From Bacteroides sp. CAG:709 (GTDB lineage: Bacteria > Bacteroidota > Bacteroidia > Bacteroidales > UBA932), in the NCBI GenBank assembly GCA_000434935.1, contig FR882195.1, positions 32,326 through 96,325 on the forward strand: a stretch of 64,000 bases of DNA. The letters run 5' to 3'. Made by a program: the position numbers and the translations under genes. The notes under the pieces are model-generated. The model searched no databases. It worked only from the letters and a program-made list of their open reading frames with translations, and was not told the origin of the DNA. Each line of letters begins with the position of its first letter. The stretch's first letter is position 1. Shown one piece after another: positions 28,890 through 40,015 of this stretch.

Positions 28890-30440
28890 CTATTGGTGAA
28901 ATACGGCAGCGTCAGTGACAGCTATACGACATCCTTCAGACTCAGGCTTCTTTTCGCCTTTCACGACCAGCTTGACATTATGTTTGCCATTTTCCAGATT
29001 GAAGATATGATAGATATAATTGCTTTTATGCTCCTGCCCGCCATAGTAATAGTAGCAATCTATCGTACGGTTGAAAACACCATCGATGTAAACATCAGCC
29101 TTTCCTCCATTACGGACCCATTGGCCGCATATCGCTATGCCGGTTCCGTCGAAATCGAAACTGAGTTCATCGCCTGCATGGTCGCTGAAAATAACATTGC
29201 CATCGGTCTGCCAGTTGCCTTTGGTCACGCATGTGCTGTCCTCGCAAACTATGAAACGCCTGTCGAAAACAGCATTGGGAAAGGACACTTCCAGCGGCAG
29301 AGGGGTCGGTTTCTGGGCCTTGAATTCTATATGGTCATCTTCCACCTTGCCGCCACAACTGATGACATTGGCCTCGATATTGGACATTGTCCTGTCAATG
29401 GCTTTTCGCAATGTGTAATCTGTAAAGATGAAGAAAGTATCCTGCATGTTGTCCAGCACCGCCCGATATTCAGCAGGCAAACTGTCGTAGCCCTTCATTA
29501 CGCCCAATACGCCCAGTGCCGTAGATGGATTGCAATCTGAATCGTGTCCGCAACGGGTGGAAATATCCATGGTCTTGAATACATCGCCTTCACCGTACAA
29601 CAGTCCGATGACAATGTAGGCACCGTTCAGTTTTGCGTCAATGTTAGTGTCAATGCCAGCACAGCAAATGTCGGTATATTCCCATTTGTCCTGAATTTTC
29701 TGCCATGTCTTCTTCCAATCGGACGGATATTCCTTATAGAACGACAACACGTCCTTAATAATCTGACAGTAAGCGGATTCCGAAGGCAATGAAAGCGTGG
29801 CCTTTTCTATAACGTCATACATGTTGTCTTCCACATATGCGGCGGAATACAATGCTGCGACGAATGCTCCTCCGTAAACGCCGTCGCCGTAGTTCATAAT
29901 ATGTCCTATCTTGTCGGACCACTGGTTCGCCAGTTGCGGCAGGCCAGGACACATCATGCCGATGAAATCCGCTTCTATCTGAAAGTCAATGTCATCCGCG
30001 TGCATATTGTATTCAGGACGACCGGACATTGGCGGGAAAATGCTGTCGGTGTAATTCTTGCGTGCCTGGACATTGGCATGCCAAAGTTTGTATCCCGCAT
30101 TGGCCAGAGCTGCCTGATAATCCTTTGCTGCAGCATCCATTCCTTTGCGGTCCATCACTTCCATGAAGGACATCTGCACATAAAGGTCGTCCTCCCACCT
30201 GGCGCGCGTAATCAGTTCAGGCTTCCATGGAATAGGATCTTCAATGATTTTTCCCAATGATTTGAACTCTGTCGGACCGCCGTATGCGACCCCAATCATT
30301 TTACCGGCCCATCCGCCCGCGATTTTGTCCCGCAATACAGATTTGTCCAGGCGGACATCCGGCTGGCCCGCATTACAAGAAACAAGCAACGATAGGCAAA
30401 CTGTCCCGATGATCGGCTTTAATAAACTTGCGATTCTCAT
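28890..30440 (-). CDS. ADP-ribosylglycohydrolase-family protein with a C-terminal beta-sandwich extension
   Basis: 'AGGWAGKMIGVAYGGP' and 'CGHDSDCNPSTALGVLG' resemble the N- and C-terminal ADPRH-fold motifs. Lipoprotein signal. Confidence 0.5.
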   Translation of the reverse strand: MRIASLLKPIIGTVCLSLLVSCNAGQPDVRLDKSVLRDKIAGGWAGKMIGVAYGGPTEFKSLGKIIEDPIPWKPELITRARWEDDLYVQMSFMEVMDRKGMDAAAKDYQAALANAGYKLWHANVQARKNYTDSIFPPMSGRPEYNMHADDIDFQIEADFIGMMCPGLPQLANQWSDKIGHIMNYGDGVYGGAFVAALYSAAYVEDNMYDVIEKATLSLPSESAYCQIIKDVLSFYKEYPSDWKKTWQKIQDKWEYTDICCAGIDTNIDAKLNGAYIVIGLLYGEGDVFKTMDISTRCGHDSDCNPSTALGVLGVMKGYDSLPAEYRAVLDNMQDTFFIFTDYTLRKAIDRTMSNIEANVISCGGKVEDDHIEFKAQKPTPLPLEVSFPNAVFDRRFIVCEDSTCVTKGNWQTDGNVIFSDHAGDELSFDFDGTGIAICGQWVRNGGKADVYIDGVFNRTIDCYYYYGGQEHKSNYIYHIFNLENGKHNVKLVVKGEKKPESEGCRIAVTDAAVFHQ

Positions 30441-30452
30441 ATTTTAGTGTAT

Positions 30453-33400
30453 TTATTTCAAAAACTTGTCTGCAAAATTAATGAATTGTGTCCAGTCGTA
30501 AAGCAAGATGTCGTGGTCGCCCTTGCGTATGTGGTTGCCCATCCGTCCGACTGTATCCGGATCTTCCACTCCAGGCTTTTCTGTGGACGTAAAACCCTCA
30601 TGACCATATAGGTTGTAGACCGGTGTCGCTCCTACCAGGCTTAGATATTCTCCCTTCTGGTCAGCCCAGTTGTCCTCGCTTCCGCTTGAAACGTAGACCG
30701 GACGCGGAGCTATCATTGAAATCAGCTCATGCTGGTCGAAGGGGAGTGCGTCTTCGTTGTTGCTGTATTTTTCGAAGTTGCCGCAGAACCAATGCTGGAA
30801 AGCGTCATTCACGATGTATATGGTCTCACCGAATTTCCTGCGTGAGATTGCACTGCCGCAACATCCTGAGCAGTTGGATATTACCAATGCGAACCGCTGG
30901 TCTGTCGCGCCCGCCCAGAGTGCTGTTTTCCCCAGCCGCGAATGTCCCAGTACGGCGACCTTGGTCGCGTCAATGTCCTTGTCCGTTTCGAGATAGTCCA
31001 ATGCGCGGGAAAGCCCCCAAGCCCAAGCCGAAATCGTACTCCAAGAATCTCCTGTGCGAGGCTTGCCTTTATCTAGAAGTCCGTGCACGCCGTTGTGGAA
31101 GCCGTCATTCCAGTCCGGATCGACATCGTCGTAGAACATTGTCACGACCGCATACCCATTGGACAATACATATTCATAAGGCCATCTGCGTCCCCAGTCT
31201 CCCCGGTTGACAGGCTTGTACCACGCACCATAGTCCTCGATTTGGCTTTCTGTCGGCATGAGCACTTCCGGATCAGTGGTCGTAGCATAATTGCCTCTGA
31301 AATTCATGCCCATAAACGCCGGCACCGGGCCTTTTGCATCATTTGGAATATACATCAGGACAGTCATGTAGCGGCTCTCATCTTCAGTGAAATATACAGC
31401 CACTTGGCGGCGCGTCGCTTTCCCGCCGAATGCGTCATGGCTCTCTTCCAGAACCTTGAAATGCAGTCCCGCAGGTTTCCCCGGCTCATATCCGTACATT
31501 TCCCGACGTAGCATATCCATGATTTCAGGGCGGCGCTTCTGCTCCCAGTCTTTCACGGACTTGACACTCTTGCCGTTATTTTTAACAAGCGGGTCTGGAA
31601 GTTCATATTTCGGAACAGCCGCCTCGTCATAATTCACTTTGTACGAGGTAAGACGACGGCTGACCGTCACCGTTTCGCCTTTTTTCATGTATATCTCCAG
31701 AATGCCGTCTCCACATGCCTTCCATTGAGGTGTCTGCCCGTCATCTCCGGTAACCCTGAGCATCATCTCTGTAATGCCGGTATGGATGCGGCATGTGCCT
31801 CCTTTCTCACTTGACACGGTGACGGACGCCGTATTCCCGTTTTTGCGCTCTGCTGAAATAAGGAATGCCCCACGTGCGCGCATGTTCTTGAAACTCACGT
31901 CATTCCAAGACGAAGGACAGCCGTGGAAAACTCTGATACAGTCGCCCCAGTCCTGAAGATACATCTCCTCCAATGAACACATCGCCGAGAACGGTGTCTC
32001 GATAACCGGTCCGGACTCATTGTAAAGCGTGTTCGGACGCAGCCATCCTGCGAAAAAATTCTTCATACATGCCAATGCCCCGTCACCATCACCGGCTGTC
32101 GCCAGCATTGCGGCTTTTCCTGTCAATGAATAGCCGGTGTTGCCCTGCCAACGGTTCATGGAATATCGCATACGGCTCTCATCTTCAGGGTTTTCCCAAT
32201 CCAGAATATGGTATGGGTAAATCATGAAAAGATGTGACCAATGCCTGTGGGTCGTGTCCCTGAACTCGAATTTGTCGCTGACCTTGAAACCTGTTTTTTC
32301 GTCGTATCCGAATGCGGGCAGATTTGCGAGAAAGTCTTTCCACTTCGGCAGCATCGGATCATTGAGCCCGTATTTTTCGTCAATGCTGATGAGCGTGGAG
32401 AGGCCCCAGCGCAGATTCGCAAGGTCATAATTGGAGTTGGTTCCGATTTCTCCAAGTTCGCCCTCTCCATATTCCGGCGATGCGGTGGAGGGGAGTGAAC
32501 AGGTTCCGTCAGGGTTGGTAATCCTGATCCGGAAGAAGATGTTTACCGCCGATTTCAGCAACGGGAAAAGGCGTTCCTTCATCTGGAAATCATCTCCGTA
32601 GGCTTCGCACATCTGCCAATAATAGAAAAGCGTCCAGGTGAGATTTCCGACTTCGTATTGGTTCCTTTGCGCCAATGCCGGACTGAGTGCCGCGTGCATG
32701 TCGTAGCTTGAAGCCCTCGGCATGACCATGCATTCCTTCCAGTCTTCCTGCCCCGTGATATCGGTGACATTGCGTGTGAGATTCTCTCGGTTCTTCCAGA
32801 ATGAATCCCATAGAGGCTGCTCCAACTGGCCGAGATTTGCCTTGGTCAGCCAGCTGTATGTGAGCTGTATGTTGAGATTCATCCAGATTGCCGGCCAAGG
32901 AGTGTCACTGGTCGGCCATACGCCCTGCAGGTCGACTATCGGTTTCCCAGGTCGTGCCGTAGATGCGAATTTATAGTATTGGAACCACCAGAAACGCTCA
33001 ATGTTCTTGTCCGGGAATGTCAGGAATGCAGCATTGCGGTAGAAATTATGCCACCATGCAACATGCTGGGAATCAAGTTTTTCTTTGGAGACGGAAAAGG
33101 CGTTTCTGATGATAGCCTTAGCCTCGGCCTCTGCTTTTGCAAGTTTGTCAGCCTGGGTTACGGTCGCAATCGTCCTGTTGTCAGCGCCGTTTCTGACTGT
33201 CTTCCATGCCACTACATACCATCTTGCAATGTCGGTAAACGTGGTGTCCTTCGCCAGTGCCTGAATGCAGAAGCTGATATCGCCGTCTTTGTGGAAATAC
33301 GAATCGGGATTGGATTTGCCTTCGGCATTGACATACCCCTTTGGTGCATTTGCCGAATTGAAGACGTATCGTGGGCTGATTGCTTTCTGCGGTACGAAAT

Positions 33401-33942
33401 CGAGTTTCCAGCCGGTCTCGCCACCTTCTGCATGGGTGTCGAAGATGATACATTCACGTTCTGAATGCACGTATGTGCGGAAATCAAGCCTCCCGGCATT
33501 GGTTTCCAATGCTCCGGATGTGACGGCATCGTAAATTGACAGGCGCATTTTTTTCGTCCTGAACCTGACCGACTGTGGAAAAAGTGAAATAGCCTATCGG
33601 CAGACGACCTGAATTGTAGACATTGAACGGCTCCCGTGCTTCCGTGACGTCGCTGCGCCCGACATTGAGCCGATACACGCCGTCGGTGAGTTTGTACAAG
33701 TTGGTTCCAAGCAATCCGTTGCCCATCAATGCTCCCGAGTAATAGCCGTCCGTGCGGCCCCAATGACGTTTCCCGAAAATGCCTTCCGGAAAGACCGGGT
33801 CTGCCGTGATGTCATTGTCCCACAGCATATCATATTGCCCGAGAAATTCTTTCCAGTCGAAATTGTTCTCTGCCGAAAACGACGGCATCGGCAGCAGTGT
33901 TGCCGCCAGCGTCATCGTGATTGTAACTATCCACTTCTTCAT
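30453..33942 (-). CDS. Frameshifted multidomain CAZyme: GH95-like six-hairpin glycosidase domain fused to a C-terminal CE15-like glucuronoyl esterase domain (ORFs 33484..33942 and 30453..33548 joined)
   Basis: The signal peptide and 'GALMGNGLLGTNLY' (similar to the GH95 N-terminal motif) are in one frame. The rest is in the -1 frame after an A7 run (plus-strand T7 at 33548-33554). The C-terminal 'GHSRLGKTALWAG' resembles the CE15 GCSRxGK motif. Confidence 0.55.
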
Positions 33943-33945
33943 ACC

Positions 33946-35046
33946 TTATTTTACTGACTCAAAAGGCTTGTCGTCCACAACTATAATCGTCACTTCTTTT
34001 ACTGCCGTAGTATGTCCCTGGTAATTGTCGTTTACGCCATAAAATACGGCTTTATATGTGCCAGGTTTGTCATAAACGTGGTCATAAGTGAGAATCGGGC
34101 TCAAAAGGCTCTTGATCTGCACGCCTTTGTCTTTCGATACGGAATTGAGCGGCATAGGATCGGATATGCACCATACATCCAGTTCCCAATCGAGACCAGG
34201 GAAGTTTGACGCGGCCCCCTCAAAGTTGATTTCCCACTCAGGATTACCGAAATGGCACGTTCCGATGGAGGTGGTGTCGCCTCTCATTTTAGGATTTGTT
34301 CCCAGATGAGGAGGATCCTGCTCGTTCATGGTCACGACAGTGAACGGAACCTCGGCAAGCGTTGTCCTGCGCTGCTCATTCTTTCCATATCCCATATTAA
34401 TAGAGCCTTTGACATGGTAGGTTCTCTGGCTTCGCGTCCAGTTTATCGTCCATGGTTTCCAGTGAAAGGCAAGGCAGAAATTTTCCGCATATTCAATGAG
34501 ATTGTCAGTGCTGTAACCATATTTCCACTCATTTTGTATGGACTTACATTCTATGTCGTTCCACACCTGCTTCCACGGCTTGGTCTGGTCTTCCTCGGTA
34601 ATAGGGAACTGCCCCTCGTCTATCATCTTCTGGATTTCCTTCCTCTGCTCGAAGCCGTCCAAGCTTGAGAAGCCCTTAAAATCCTTGGAAAGATAGACCC
34701 TAAACCCATATTCGGATTGTGGATTCATAGACCCTATCCCCCAAAGCGGTTGGAACTTCAAATCCAGTGACAGATTCTTAATTTCATCTATAGGAATCGA
34801 TGTCCTGTCCCGTTTGTCGTACTCATGACCGACCTCGCCGCTGAAGAACGTGATGTAGTCAGCGTCTCCGCTGAAACGGAAGCGGACAATTTCTCCAGGT
34901 CTATATACATTGTCTCCATCCAGCGTGACATCGAAATCTACCGGGAGAGAGATATTCTGCTGTTGGCAGGATGTCAGCGATAAAAGTATGGAGGCAAATG
35001 CCGAAATATAAATGTTCTTTCTCATATCTCTTTTAATTATTCGCAT
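33946..35046 (-). CDS. SusD-downstream surface lipoprotein (SusE/F-like position; unknown function)
   Basis: Lipobox 'LTSCQ'. Positioned immediately after SusD in a polysaccharide utilization locus (PUL). Confidence 0.45.
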   Translation of the reverse strand: MRIIKRDMRKNIYISAFASILLSLTSCQQQNISLPVDFDVTLDGDNVYRPGEIVRFRFSGDADYITFFSGEVGHEYDKRDRTSIPIDEIKNLSLDLKFQPLWGIGSMNPQSEYGFRVYLSKDFKGFSSLDGFEQRKEIQKMIDEGQFPITEEDQTKPWKQVWNDIECKSIQNEWKYGYSTDNLIEYAENFCLAFHWKPWTINWTRSQRTYHVKGSINMGYGKNEQRRTTLAEVPFTVVTMNEQDPPHLGTNPKMRGDTTSIGTCHFGNPEWEINFEGAASNFPGLDWELDVWCISDPMPLNSVSKDKGVQIKSLLSPILTYDHVYDKPGTYKAVFYGVNDNYQGHTTAVKEVTIIVVDDKPFESVK

Positions 35047-35050
35047 TGGA

Positions 35051-36805
35051 CTACCATTGTGGATTCTGCTTCATTTCTGTATTTACCGCCAATTCAATGG
35101 ATGGTATCGGAAGGTAATTGTTTCTTTCGCTCATCCTGCTTGTAAGCGTGACGAAGTTTCTTGCAGAACCGAATCCGGACCACTTTGAGTTGGACAATGC
35201 CATCTCGCGGACCTCCAGCATTGACTTGTAATATATTCCCCAACGAATCAGGTCATGCTTGCGAAGACCTTCGAAGCAGAGTTCGCGGGCACGTTCGTTT
35301 CTTACATATTGCCGGAACTTCTCATAAGTGTTGTATTTCGAATATGACGGCGTCTGCACTCCTGCGCGTTCGCGCAAAGGAAGAATCATATCGTACAATT
35401 CTTGTGTAGGTTTGTGGTCTCGTTCATTGACAGCTTCTACGTACATGAGAATAACGTCTGAATATCGCAGAAGCGGAACATTGACTCCGGTCCAGATGCT
35501 CTTGAAATTCTTCAATCCTTCATACTGGATCTCCCTGCGGAATTTGCCGATATTGCGCCCGCCAGGGTAGTAGGCCTGGTTCACATTGGTGTTCTGTTCT
35601 GTAGGATTGCTCGAACTGTAGTAAGGCGTGCGGTCCACTGCCGCGATGAGTTTACGCTTGTCGGAAGGGTCTCCGCCATAAGGATAGAGCACTGAAATGT
35701 CTCTGCTGCCTTCATAGTTGAAACCTGGAATGCTCCACTCCTGGCGTTTGTCCGTAATTATGGACAAACCTCTTTCATAAGGGGTACGGTCATCTTCCAT
35801 GTACAGCTCCCACAACTTGTAGGTGTTGCCGAACAATCCGTTCGACCAGTTTACTTTGTGGCTTGCATAGTCAGTATCGCCAGAAGCGCATCTCAGTCCA
35901 TTGATCTCACCCCAGCGGCTGTTTCCGAAATACATCGAGGAAGAACGGTCACCATAGAAATCGACTTCCCACATTGACTCATGATACTCCTTGTCATATT
36001 TGTCCGCCACATAGTTTATGAAAATCTGCGAATAGTCCGGATTCAGACTGTGAAGACCGCTGTCAATCACTGCTTTGCAATGTTCTGCAGCCTTTTCGTA
36101 ATATGTGTGTTTTTCTTCGTCGGTAACGCCGGATACAGCTTCACCTGCCATATAGAGATAAATTCTTCCGAGTATTCCGTGGACTGTGGTACGAGTGACA
36201 TCGGAAGGAGCGTGGTCGAAACTTTCAGTAATGACAGGAAGGACATCCTCCATCTCTGATACCACCCATTTCATGACCTCGTGTTGCGGGGTAGGGGCAA
36301 TCTTGACATCTTTATAAGACGCAGTGGCAGTTGTCTTCAGAGGCACATCCAGCCAGTTTTGAGCCAGAATGAAATGATAGTATGCGCGAAGGAATCTCGC
36401 CTGGGCGCACATTGAACCGTCAGGATCCAGATCAGTACCTGAAATTTTTTCAAGAAACGCGTTGGCATTCCCGATGCCCTTGTACAGCCATATCCACGGA
36501 TTAGAAACGGATGCTGAATTGGCGTTAAGCTCGAATGAGGCTCCATACATGTCGGAGTTGGTCGATGACATATACATTGAAATGTCTGTGTTGTAGCCAA
36601 GGTCGAGAATAAGTGTACATCCGTAGAGCTGCCAGCTGTTCATTACGCCATACACCGCATTGAGACCAAGCTGCGCCTGCTCTGAACTTGTGTAGAACTG
36701 ATCTTCGGTGATGATGTTCGGCTCGCGGTCGAGAAGGTCGCAGGAACTGAATGTTGCTGCAATGCCCAGAACCGTGCCGGCCAATAGTATTTTATATGAT
36801 TTCAT
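35051..36805 (-). CDS. SusD/RagB-family nutrient-binding lipoprotein
   Basis: Lipobox 'FSSCD', ~580 aa, downstream of SusC. Confidence 0.8.
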   Translation of the reverse strand: MKSYKILLAGTVLGIAATFSSCDLLDREPNIITEDQFYTSSEQAQLGLNAVYGVMNSWQLYGCTLILDLGYNTDISMYMSSTNSDMYGASFELNANSASVSNPWIWLYKGIGNANAFLEKISGTDLDPDGSMCAQARFLRAYYHFILAQNWLDVPLKTTATASYKDVKIAPTPQHEVMKWVVSEMEDVLPVITESFDHAPSDVTRTTVHGILGRIYLYMAGEAVSGVTDEEKHTYYEKAAEHCKAVIDSGLHSLNPDYSQIFINYVADKYDKEYHESMWEVDFYGDRSSSMYFGNSRWGEINGLRCASGDTDYASHKVNWSNGLFGNTYKLWELYMEDDRTPYERGLSIITDKRQEWSIPGFNYEGSRDISVLYPYGGDPSDKRKLIAAVDRTPYYSSSNPTEQNTNVNQAYYPGGRNIGKFRREIQYEGLKNFKSIWTGVNVPLLRYSDVILMYVEAVNERDHKPTQELYDMILPLRERAGVQTPSYSKYNTYEKFRQYVRNERARELCFEGLRKHDLIRWGIYYKSMLEVREMALSNSKWSGFGSARNFVTLTSRMSERNNYLPIPSIELAVNTEMKQNPQW

Positions 36806-36817
36806 ACTTACAAATCG

Positions 36818-39800
36818 CTAAAATGAAAATGAAACTCCACCGGTAAGAGAACGCGCTCTCGGGTAGGCTGACCAGTCAAATCCTGGGGTAAGCACGCTGT
36901 TCCTGGTAGAAACTTCCGGATCCGGGCCGGAGTAATTCGTGAATGTGAAGAGGTTTTCGGCTGTCAGGTATACCCTGAGAGACTGTATCTTCATCTTTCT
37001 CAACCATTTTGACGGGAACGTATATCCCAATGTCACGGTCTTGATTCTCAGGAATGAACCGTCTTCGACCACTCTTGATGAATAAAACTCCATTCCGGAT
37101 GCTCCTGACCTTGGAATGTCGCTGTCAGGATTGCGTTCGAGACTCCATGCATTCCGCATTGCGCCGAACTGGTTCAGCTGCGTTCCGTCATAGTATTCGA
37201 ATACGAGCCTGTTGGCATTGAGAAGGTCGTTACCATAGCTCCAGTTCATGAAAATGCTCAAATCGATGCCATAGAAATTGAATGTGTTGTTCCAACCTCC
37301 GGTGTGAAGCGGTTGTCCGATGCCGATGACCGTCCTGTCGGAATCATTGATGACTCCATCGCCATTCACATCCTCGTATTTAGGGTCACCCGGGCGGATA
37401 TTCTCGCGGACTCCAAAATATGGAATCCCGTCCTTCAAAAGTGTTCCGTTTGAAAATTCATCATATTTGTATGTTCCGATATAGCGGTAGCCGTACATAA
37501 GACCGGTAGGCATTCCTACTTTTGTGACATACGGAGTCTGCGAACTGTAGCGGGTATGCCAGTCGATTGTCGATATGAGCGTAGTCTGGTTGTTGGCCAG
37601 AGCTGTGACCGTATTGTTGTTCATACCGAAATTCAATGTCGATGTCCAGGTAAAGTTCTTTGTCTGGACAGGTATTGCAGTGATTGACAGTTCAATACCG
37701 CGGTTGCGCATTGAACCGACATTTATCATTGCACTTTCATATCCGGAAGAAGCCGGCATTGTCGCCTGAAGCAGAAGGTCATAAGTGTTCTTCTGATAAA
37801 TATCTGCCGTCAATGAAATCCTGTTGTGGAGGAATGCAAGGTCGAGTCCGATATCAGTCTGTGCTGTGGTTTCCCAGCCGAGGAACGGATTCTCCATATT
37901 CTCTCTGAAGTAGCCTGATACTGTCTTTCCGTCGCGGACATAGTCAAGACTGTTGTAACCAGGTCTTGTCACGAAACGTGAATAGTAATCGTAAGGCGTC
38001 TGTGTCCTGTTGTTACCTGTCATTCCCCATGAGGCACGGATTTTTCCGGTATTGAACCATCCGCTGTTCTGTGCCCAATCTTCGTTTGAGAAAGACCAGG
38101 CGACTGAACCTGAAGGGAATACGCCCCAGCGGTTGCCGCTCGGAAATTTGGATGAGCCGTCAGCACGCAATGATGCTGTCACATAATATTTGTGGGCATA
38201 ATTGTAGTTTACTCTTGCGAGTCCCGAGAGCAGCAGCCAATCCCTCTTATATGGGGTTACGGATTGATACTCACCGGTATTGAGGCCTTCGACGCCTAAA
38301 AGTTCGGACTGGACATGATTGGCTTCCACTCCGGTAAATCTGGTAGTTTCTCCTTGGGCGGTAAATCCTACGAGAGCCTGGAAATTATGGTCATTGCCGA
38401 AAATCTTGTCGTAATTGAGGGTGTTTTCGTTCAGCCAACTAGTCACGTCCGTGTTGTAGACAAATCCGTTAGGACCCTTTCCGAGAGGGGATGCCGGGTG
38501 ACCGGTCATTGTCTGGGAGTTGTTGAATGACTCGTTCCTTGTCCTTGCCTGATTATATCCTCCGGTTATCCTGAGCCTCAAGCCCTTGATGATGTCCCAG
38601 TTGAGCGCGACATTGCTGTTCAGGTAGTTGCGGATGATTTTCCTGTACGAATTCTTCACGTTTGCCATAGGGTTGAAACGGAAATCGTTAGGGTTGGACA
38701 CTTCTTCATCTACCAGCTGGTTGATGAACGAATCACCGACAACTCCGTCGCGCAGTGGTTTCAGCGGACGGAATCCCCATACGGAATAGAGGAAATAGGT
38801 ACTTACGGTAGAATTTGAATTGCTGCTGGACGGCTGGATTCCATTCGTGTTCGCCTGCGAGTAATTTGCGCTGAAATCTACCTTGACTTTTTCACCTATC
38901 TTCTGGCTGAGTTTGATGCTGCCGGAATAACGGTTGAAGTTGCTCTTTACGAGAATACCGTTCTGGTCAAGCGCGGTGAAACTTACATTGTAGCTGGTTC
39001 CTGTCTTGGAATTGCCGCCGCTGAGCGAGATGTTGTAGTTCTGGCTCAGGGCATTGCGGTAAACATAGTCCTGCCAATCCACATAAGGAACAGAGGCATA
39101 GTCTTCAAGAGAGTAGTATCGGCTGTCAGGAGTGCCGTCTTCCAGATAATTCGTGAAATAACTGGTGTGTGACGAACTTCTGTTCATGTAATATTCATCA
39201 TCCAGGCGTACGTAGTCATAACCGTTCAGCAGATCGACTTTGTTGGCTATTTTGGAACCGGTCCAGGAAGCCGAAAAATTAACGGTCGGTTTTCCTTGCG
39301 AGCCTTTCTTCGTCGTGATGATGATGACGCCATTGGCGCCGCGTGCTCCATAGATGGCTGAAGCTGATGCGTCTTTAAGAACATCGATGCTTTCGATGTC
39401 AGCCGGGCTTATAGAGCTTGCAAAAGAACTTTCAGTCGGAAATCCGTCAATGACATAAAGAGGTGCTGATGATTGTGTCAATGAGTTGTTTCCACGGATG
39501 ATGATGTTGGCTTCTGAACCTACGGCACCGTCTGAAGTGGAAACCACCACGCCCGCAACTCTTCCGGCAAGTGCCTGGTCGAAGTTCATCGGTGTGGATT
39601 TGGATATGTCATCCATATTGACCTTTCCGACAGAACCGGTCAGGTCGCGCCTTGCCACAGAGCCGTATCCCACACTGACGACCTCGGAGGCGGCCAGCGT
39701 TTCATATGATTCTTTCATCATGAAGTCAATCTTGGTGCGTCCTGAAACCTTTTCCTTGATTTCGGCATAACCTAGACAGGACACTATCAATGTCGCGTCC

Positions 39801-40006
39801 GGATCGACCATAATCGTATATCCGCCGTCTGGACCTGTCAAAATGCCGTTTGACATTTTTCCGTCCTGATAGACTGTCGCCCCGGGCAGCGGGCCGGAAG
39901 CGTCCGAGACGTTTCCTTTCACGGTCACTTTCCCCGCCTGTCCCCACAACGAGACAGGAAGGAGAATAATGACCAATACAATGATTATAAACTTGTTTAT
40001 TTTCAT
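36818..40006 (-). CDS. SusC/RagA-family TonB-dependent receptor
   Basis: 1062 aa with a signal peptide, carboxypeptidase-regulatory-like domain, plug and barrel. Followed by SusD. Confidence 0.85.
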   Translation of the reverse strand: MKINKFIIIVLVIILLPVSLWGQAGKVTVKGNVSDASGPLPGATVYQDGKMSNGILTGPDGGYTIMVDPDATLIVSCLGYAEIKEKVSGRTKIDFMMKESYETLAASEVVSVGYGSVARRDLTGSVGKVNMDDISKSTPMNFDQALAGRVAGVVVSTSDGAVGSEANIIIRGNNSLTQSSAPLYVIDGFPTESSFASSISPADIESIDVLKDASASAIYGARGANGVIIITTKKGSQGKPTVNFSASWTGSKIANKVDLLNGYDYVRLDDEYYMNRSSSHTSYFTNYLEDGTPDSRYYSLEDYASVPYVDWQDYVYRNALSQNYNISLSGGNSKTGTSYNVSFTALDQNGILVKSNFNRYSGSIKLSQKIGEKVKVDFSANYSQANTNGIQPSSSNSNSTVSTYFLYSVWGFRPLKPLRDGVVGDSFINQLVDEEVSNPNDFRFNPMANVKNSYRKIIRNYLNSNVALNWDIIKGLRLRITGGYNQARTRNESFNNSQTMTGHPASPLGKGPNGFVYNTDVTSWLNENTLNYDKIFGNDHNFQALVGFTAQGETTRFTGVEANHVQSELLGVEGLNTGEYQSVTPYKRDWLLLSGLARVNYNYAHKYYVTASLRADGSSKFPSGNRWGVFPSGSVAWSFSNEDWAQNSGWFNTGKIRASWGMTGNNRTQTPYDYYSRFVTRPGYNSLDYVRDGKTVSGYFRENMENPFLGWETTAQTDIGLDLAFLHNRISLTADIYQKNTYDLLLQATMPASSGYESAMINVGSMRNRGIELSITAIPVQTKNFTWTSTLNFGMNNNTVTALANNQTTLISTIDWHTRYSSQTPYVTKVGMPTGLMYGYRYIGTYKYDEFSNGTLLKDGIPYFGVRENIRPGDPKYEDVNGDGVINDSDRTVIGIGQPLHTGGWNNTFNFYGIDLSIFMNWSYGNDLLNANRLVFEYYDGTQLNQFGAMRNAWSLERNPDSDIPRSGASGMEFYSSRVVEDGSFLRIKTVTLGYTFPSKWLRKMKIQSLRVYLTAENLFTFTNYSGPDPEVSTRNSVLTPGFDWSAYPRARSLTGGVSFSF

Positions 40007-40015
40007 AACATCGTT

